From an uncultured Candidatus Saccharimonas sp. (GTDB lineage Bacteria; Patescibacteriota; Saccharimonadia; Saccharimonadales; Saccharimonadaceae): a stretch of DNA of 32,000 bases. Where the stretch lies: contig CAURWT010000001.1 of assembly GCA_963528875.1 (NCBI GenBank), positions 1 through 32,000 of the forward strand, read 5' to 3'. Below the pieces are notes generated by a model, which did no database searches, was not told the DNA's origin, and worked only from the letters and a program-made list of their open reading frames with translations. The position numbers and the translations under genes were made by a program. Positions 28,843-32,000 of this stretch are shown in pieces (the stretch's first letter is position 1; every line of letters starts with the position of its first letter).

Positions 28843-30452
28843 TATTTATCAACCGTAAACTTAATATTAATTTTTTTATCATCGTTCGGCACAGTATTTA
28901 CCCAAAAGAATGAAAACTTCACATCGACACTTTTTACGCCCTCTTTCGCTTCAATTAAGCTTCGAACTTCACCAGATTTTTTACCCTTAATTTTATCTTT
29001 CAGATTATCTATATCAATAACTGGGCCAATTTTTACATTTGATGAGATCTCTACACTATTACCACTAAATTTCGAAAATGAGACATCTTTCAAGCCATAA
29101 TCATAAATTTTTTGATTATTTAAATCACCTATTTTCTTTTTAGCAAGAGAAGAGATAGTTCTTTCAATACTTCTATTTTCAATTGCCACGATTGAATATA
29201 GAGAAGTTGATTTTAATATAGCCTTACCGTTTGGAGCCTCTTGATTAACGGCAACAGAAGAAGAAATCTCACCATCTTTTACGGAGAAACTATCATTTAA
29301 TACAGTATAATCTGAGCCAAATTTAGCTTTTAGAGAACTCTTAATAGAATCTGCATTTTCTATATTGATTTTAGCCTTTGCTGCATTTATGTCATTTTGC
29401 GAAACAACTTTTAAAGTTTTTTTCGAGCCGCCTGAAAGCTGACCGCCACTTGCCGAAACACCCTTAATTGATGAAACATATTCTTGCGCTGGCAGATTAC
29501 ATTGCTCGCCGATAGTCGTCGCCTTAATTTTAACACTCGCTTTTCCATTAGAAATCACACCGCCTTTAATCTTTGCTCCTGGAATAGTAACAGATGAGGT
29601 TGTAATAAAATTACATTGCCCAGCCGAAAATGCAGAACCTTGCGCCACAGTAACAGGATCACTATCACCACTTTGAGAAAGATTTAAAGTTCCTGAAGCC
29701 GCCTCACCTTCTTCACGAGTTCCAGTAGCTTCAAAAGTGATCTCATGATTTTTTTCAATAGTTTCAGTTTTTGAAAGTAACGAATTTTCACTTGTACTAT
29801 TAGAAATCGAAGCAACACCTTTTACGTTGGTAGTCGAGGTTTTTGCAGCAATCGTGATATCCGCAAATGGAGCAAAGAATATTGCCCAAATCATAAATAC
29901 TAAAAATACAGAGAATACCCCACTAATAATAAGAATTTTTTTTCGAAACTTTGAAAAATCTGGAACTTTCGATCCTTTTCTAGATTTATTAGTCTTCTCT
30001 TTTTTGAGCTCTGGATTAATCTTGTTAAAATTCTTGTTATCATCAATATCAATTCCTTCAAGAATTTCAGCCTCCTTCTCATCGGAAGTTGGACCGCTAA
30101 ATTCCGAAATTGGCAAGCTTTCGCCATCAATAACATCATCTCCTTCGACTTCTAAAATATCAATTTCTGGTACCTCTGGCTTACTTTGAAGGGTTTTCGA
30201 AACTGGAATTTTTGCCGCTGCTGACATAGTCTTTAATGCAGAATTATTAGTAATAAAAACGATTTTCTTATCATTTTTTTGCGCAGCTCGAGAAAGCAAG
30301 CGAATATTTACAGCACTCCTAAAAATACCCAAACTTTTCGGTGGAACAATTGCAATAATTCTCTCTTTCGAAGATTTTATTTTATTAACAACATCCGTAA
30401 TATCATCTTCAACATCAACATAGATTACATCTTTTTTAACTTTTTCACTCAT
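28842..30452 (-). CDS. bitopic membrane protein of unknown function, 536 aa, directly downstream of ftsA
   Basis: About 90-aa cytoplasmic alpha/beta domain, acidic linker, one TM segment (ILIISGVFSVFLVFMIWAIFFAPF), then an approximately 340-aa Ser/Thr/Gly-rich extracytoplasmic region. AGAGG RBS. Confidence 0.7.
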   Translation of the reverse strand: MSEKVKKDVIYVDVEDDITDVVNKIKSSKERIIAIVPPKSLGIFRSAVNIRLLSRAAQKNDKKIVFITNNSALKTMSAAAKIPVSKTLQSKPEVPEIDILEVEGDDVIDGESLPISEFSGPTSDEKEAEILEGIDIDDNKNFNKINPELKKEKTNKSRKGSKVPDFSKFRKKILIISGVFSVFLVFMIWAIFFAPFADITIAAKTSTTNVKGVASISNSTSENSLLSKTETIEKNHEITFEATGTREEGEAASGTLNLSQSGDSDPVTVAQGSAFSAGQCNFITTSSVTIPGAKIKGGVISNGKASVKIKATTIGEQCNLPAQEYVSSIKGVSASGGQLSGGSKKTLKVVSQNDINAAKAKINIENADSIKSSLKAKFGSDYTVLNDSFSVKDGEISSSVAVNQEAPNGKAILKSTSLYSIVAIENRSIERTISSLAKKKIGDLNNQKIYDYGLKDVSFSKFSGNSVEISSNVKIGPVIDIDNLKDKIKGKKSGEVRSLIEAKEGVKSVDVKFSFFWVNTVPNDDKKINIKFTVDK

Positions 30453-30464
30453 ATCTTACCTCTT

Positions 30465-31724
30465 TTAAGCTCGTAAAATCCTGTTTAGTTTATCACGAAA
30501 ACTCTCGCTAGCATTTTCATCAGTACTGTAAGTATCATACCCGACCCGTAAAAGCCCCATTGCTGTAATAAATGTATGATCATTAATTTTTCCAGATTCG
30601 TCAATAACTCCCGAAACTTCAGAAGGCTTAATATGTTTTACTATAGGCTTTTTATTGAATGGTAATTCTTGCCACCAATCATCATTTTCCAATCTTTCAA
30701 CAAGAGATTCTAAGCTTGAGCCACCACCACATAGCAAAATCTTACTTGGCAGATAATCAACATTTTCAAAATCGCTTAAAGCTAGTTCAACGCCAGAAAT
30801 CCAAACATCCAAAGTATTATCAATTGCATCGATTGCCTGCTTTGCAATAGTAGACTTGAGTTTCTCATTCGAAAGGTTTAGCTTTAGTTTTTCAGCGTTC
30901 TTGTAAGACAATGAGAGTTCGTTCGCAATTTGATTCGTAAAACTTCGACCACCAATTCCGAACATTTTAGTTCCTTCAACACCACCATCATTCACGACAG
31001 CAATATCAGTTGTTCCACCACCGACATCAGCTAAAATTGCAGTAAAATTGCTTGAAGAGTCTGAACCAACAACACTTCTAGCAACTGCAAAAGGTTCAGC
31101 CGCTACCGCAATTAAATCAAGCGCAAGTTCATTTGCAACACGCTCAATAGCACCAATATGAACAGTTGGCGCAAAAGCTGTATAAATTTGAATTGAAACA
31201 TCTTTCCCCTGAAAACCTATTGGATTCGAAACCTTATAGCCATCAATATGAATCCCAACAATTGCTGAATTAACAAGCTTAATTTCAGCTTCTTGATTTC
31301 CCGTCTCAAGAGCAATCTCTCTTTGAGCTTTAAGCTGAGCTCTTTCTTGAATTTTATCAATAATAAATTCCATTTCAGCTTCATCAAGAGGGCGATTTGG
31401 CTGTGGACGACGATATTTAATTGTATTTGTCGCTCCTTTAACCAACTCACCAGCAATTCCAATTACGGCTTTTTTGGCTTGGATCTCCGCTTGGTCTTCA
31501 GCCTCAATCAAAGCATTCTCACAATTTTGAACAACGCTAGCAATATCAGCAATCGCACCCGAATGCATATCCGCCACACTCTGCCGTGCACGCCCAACAC
31601 CAATAACACGAATTTCATCACCATCAATTTCAGCTACAAGAGCCTTCACGAATTCAGTTCCAATATCAAGGGCAACGATATGATTATCGCTTAAATCTTC
31701 TTTTTGTTTATTCTTGAATAGCAT
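30465..31724 (-). CDS. ftsA: cell division protein FtsA (actin-like ATPase)
   Basis: VALDIGTEFVKA phosphate-1 motif, DVGGGTTDIAV phosphate-2 motif, LCGGGS adenosine motif, and a short C-terminal amphipathic tail. Confidence 0.85.
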   Translation of the reverse strand: MLFKNKQKEDLSDNHIVALDIGTEFVKALVAEIDGDEIRVIGVGRARQSVADMHSGAIADIASVVQNCENALIEAEDQAEIQAKKAVIGIAGELVKGATNTIKYRRPQPNRPLDEAEMEFIIDKIQERAQLKAQREIALETGNQEAEIKLVNSAIVGIHIDGYKVSNPIGFQGKDVSIQIYTAFAPTVHIGAIERVANELALDLIAVAAEPFAVARSVVGSDSSSNFTAILADVGGGTTDIAVVNDGGVEGTKMFGIGGRSFTNQIANELSLSYKNAEKLKLNLSNEKLKSTIAKQAIDAIDNTLDVWISGVELALSDFENVDYLPSKILLCGGGSSLESLVERLENDDWWQELPFNKKPIVKHIKPSEVSGVIDESGKINDHTFITAMGLLRVGYDTYSTDENASESFRDKLNRILRA

Positions 31725-31733
31725 ACCAACACT

Positions 31734-31762
31734 ATTATAAACCGTTTAAGGTTTTTTTGCAA
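31734..31762 (-). promoter_or_regulatory. ftsA promoter TTGCAA-17-TATAAT
   Basis: ATG 31724 is 9 nt after the -10 with no SD. Confidence 0.65.
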
Positions 31763-31766
31763 ATTT

Positions 31767-31994
31767 TCACAAGATTATTTCTATGTCTTCTAATTCCAAA
31801 ATATCGCTCAAAAAAGTTTTGTTATCCAGTTCGAAAACCTCGCAGTCATACTTTTTTCGAAATTCATCAGCATTAAACCTCTCAAGAGAACCCTTTACGC
31901 CGCTTTTTCTGTCAACTCCAAAAATCCAAGATTCATTATTACCTCGTTTTTTGTATCGATTAACAAACTCACTTATATTTTTAGGATTATTCAT
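31767..31994 (-). CDS. hypothetical protein, 75 aa
   Basis: ATG ORF ending 4 nt before the ftsA -35 element (31757-31762). Its upstream region lies outside the window. No family recognised. Confidence 0.45.
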   Translation of the reverse strand: MNNPKNISEFVNRYKKRGNNESWIFGVDRKSGVKGSLERFNADEFRKKYDCEVFELDNKTFLSDILELEDIEIIL

Positions 31995-32000
31995 TGGAGC

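Overview
Low-GC (rough estimate 35-38%), very gene-dense bacterial chromosome segment. It is mostly housekeeping genes on the minus strand: lysS, an alpha-glucan phosphorylase, rpsP, a nusB-nudix-rnc-ATPgrasp/protease-rimK operon, rpmF, leuS, ligA, htpX, lemA, tRNA-Leu(UAA), tRNA-Cys(GCA), hisS, sbcB, obg, a LysM/CHAP hydrolase, and mltG-ruvX plus a 536-aa membrane protein and ftsA. rarA and a CPBP protease lie on the plus strand. Gene content, tiny intergenic spacers and many small orphan membrane proteins suggest a reduced-genome organism (Patescibacteria/CPR-like); this is inference only. The standard genetic code fits all long ORFs. I found no CRISPR array, IS element, integrase, prophage or recognisable defence system.

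Main points from the hunt:
1. A translationally coupled pair of RimK-type ATP-grasp ligases sits at the end of an RNA/ribosome operon. One is fused to a retropepsin-like DTGA domain.
2. The palindrome TTCGAA is about 8-fold over-represented, in all three codon phases and in intergenic DNA.
3. Many core genes have a consensus -10 only 6-11 nt from the start codon and no SD, so they look leaderless. Small orphan genes instead carry GGAGG leaders behind a recurring TTGACTTTTTA -35 element.
4. Two tandem look-alike mini-cassettes encode a 38-aa peptide and an 85-aa ORF.
5. There are two unexplained long structured leaders. One lies upstream of ORF 217-561, with hairpins that only pair fully in the minus-sense RNA. 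The other lies upstream of the LysM/CHAP gene, whose predicted TM anchor extends upstream of any canonical start codon.

All coordinates and counts were derived by eye from the sequence and should be recomputed.
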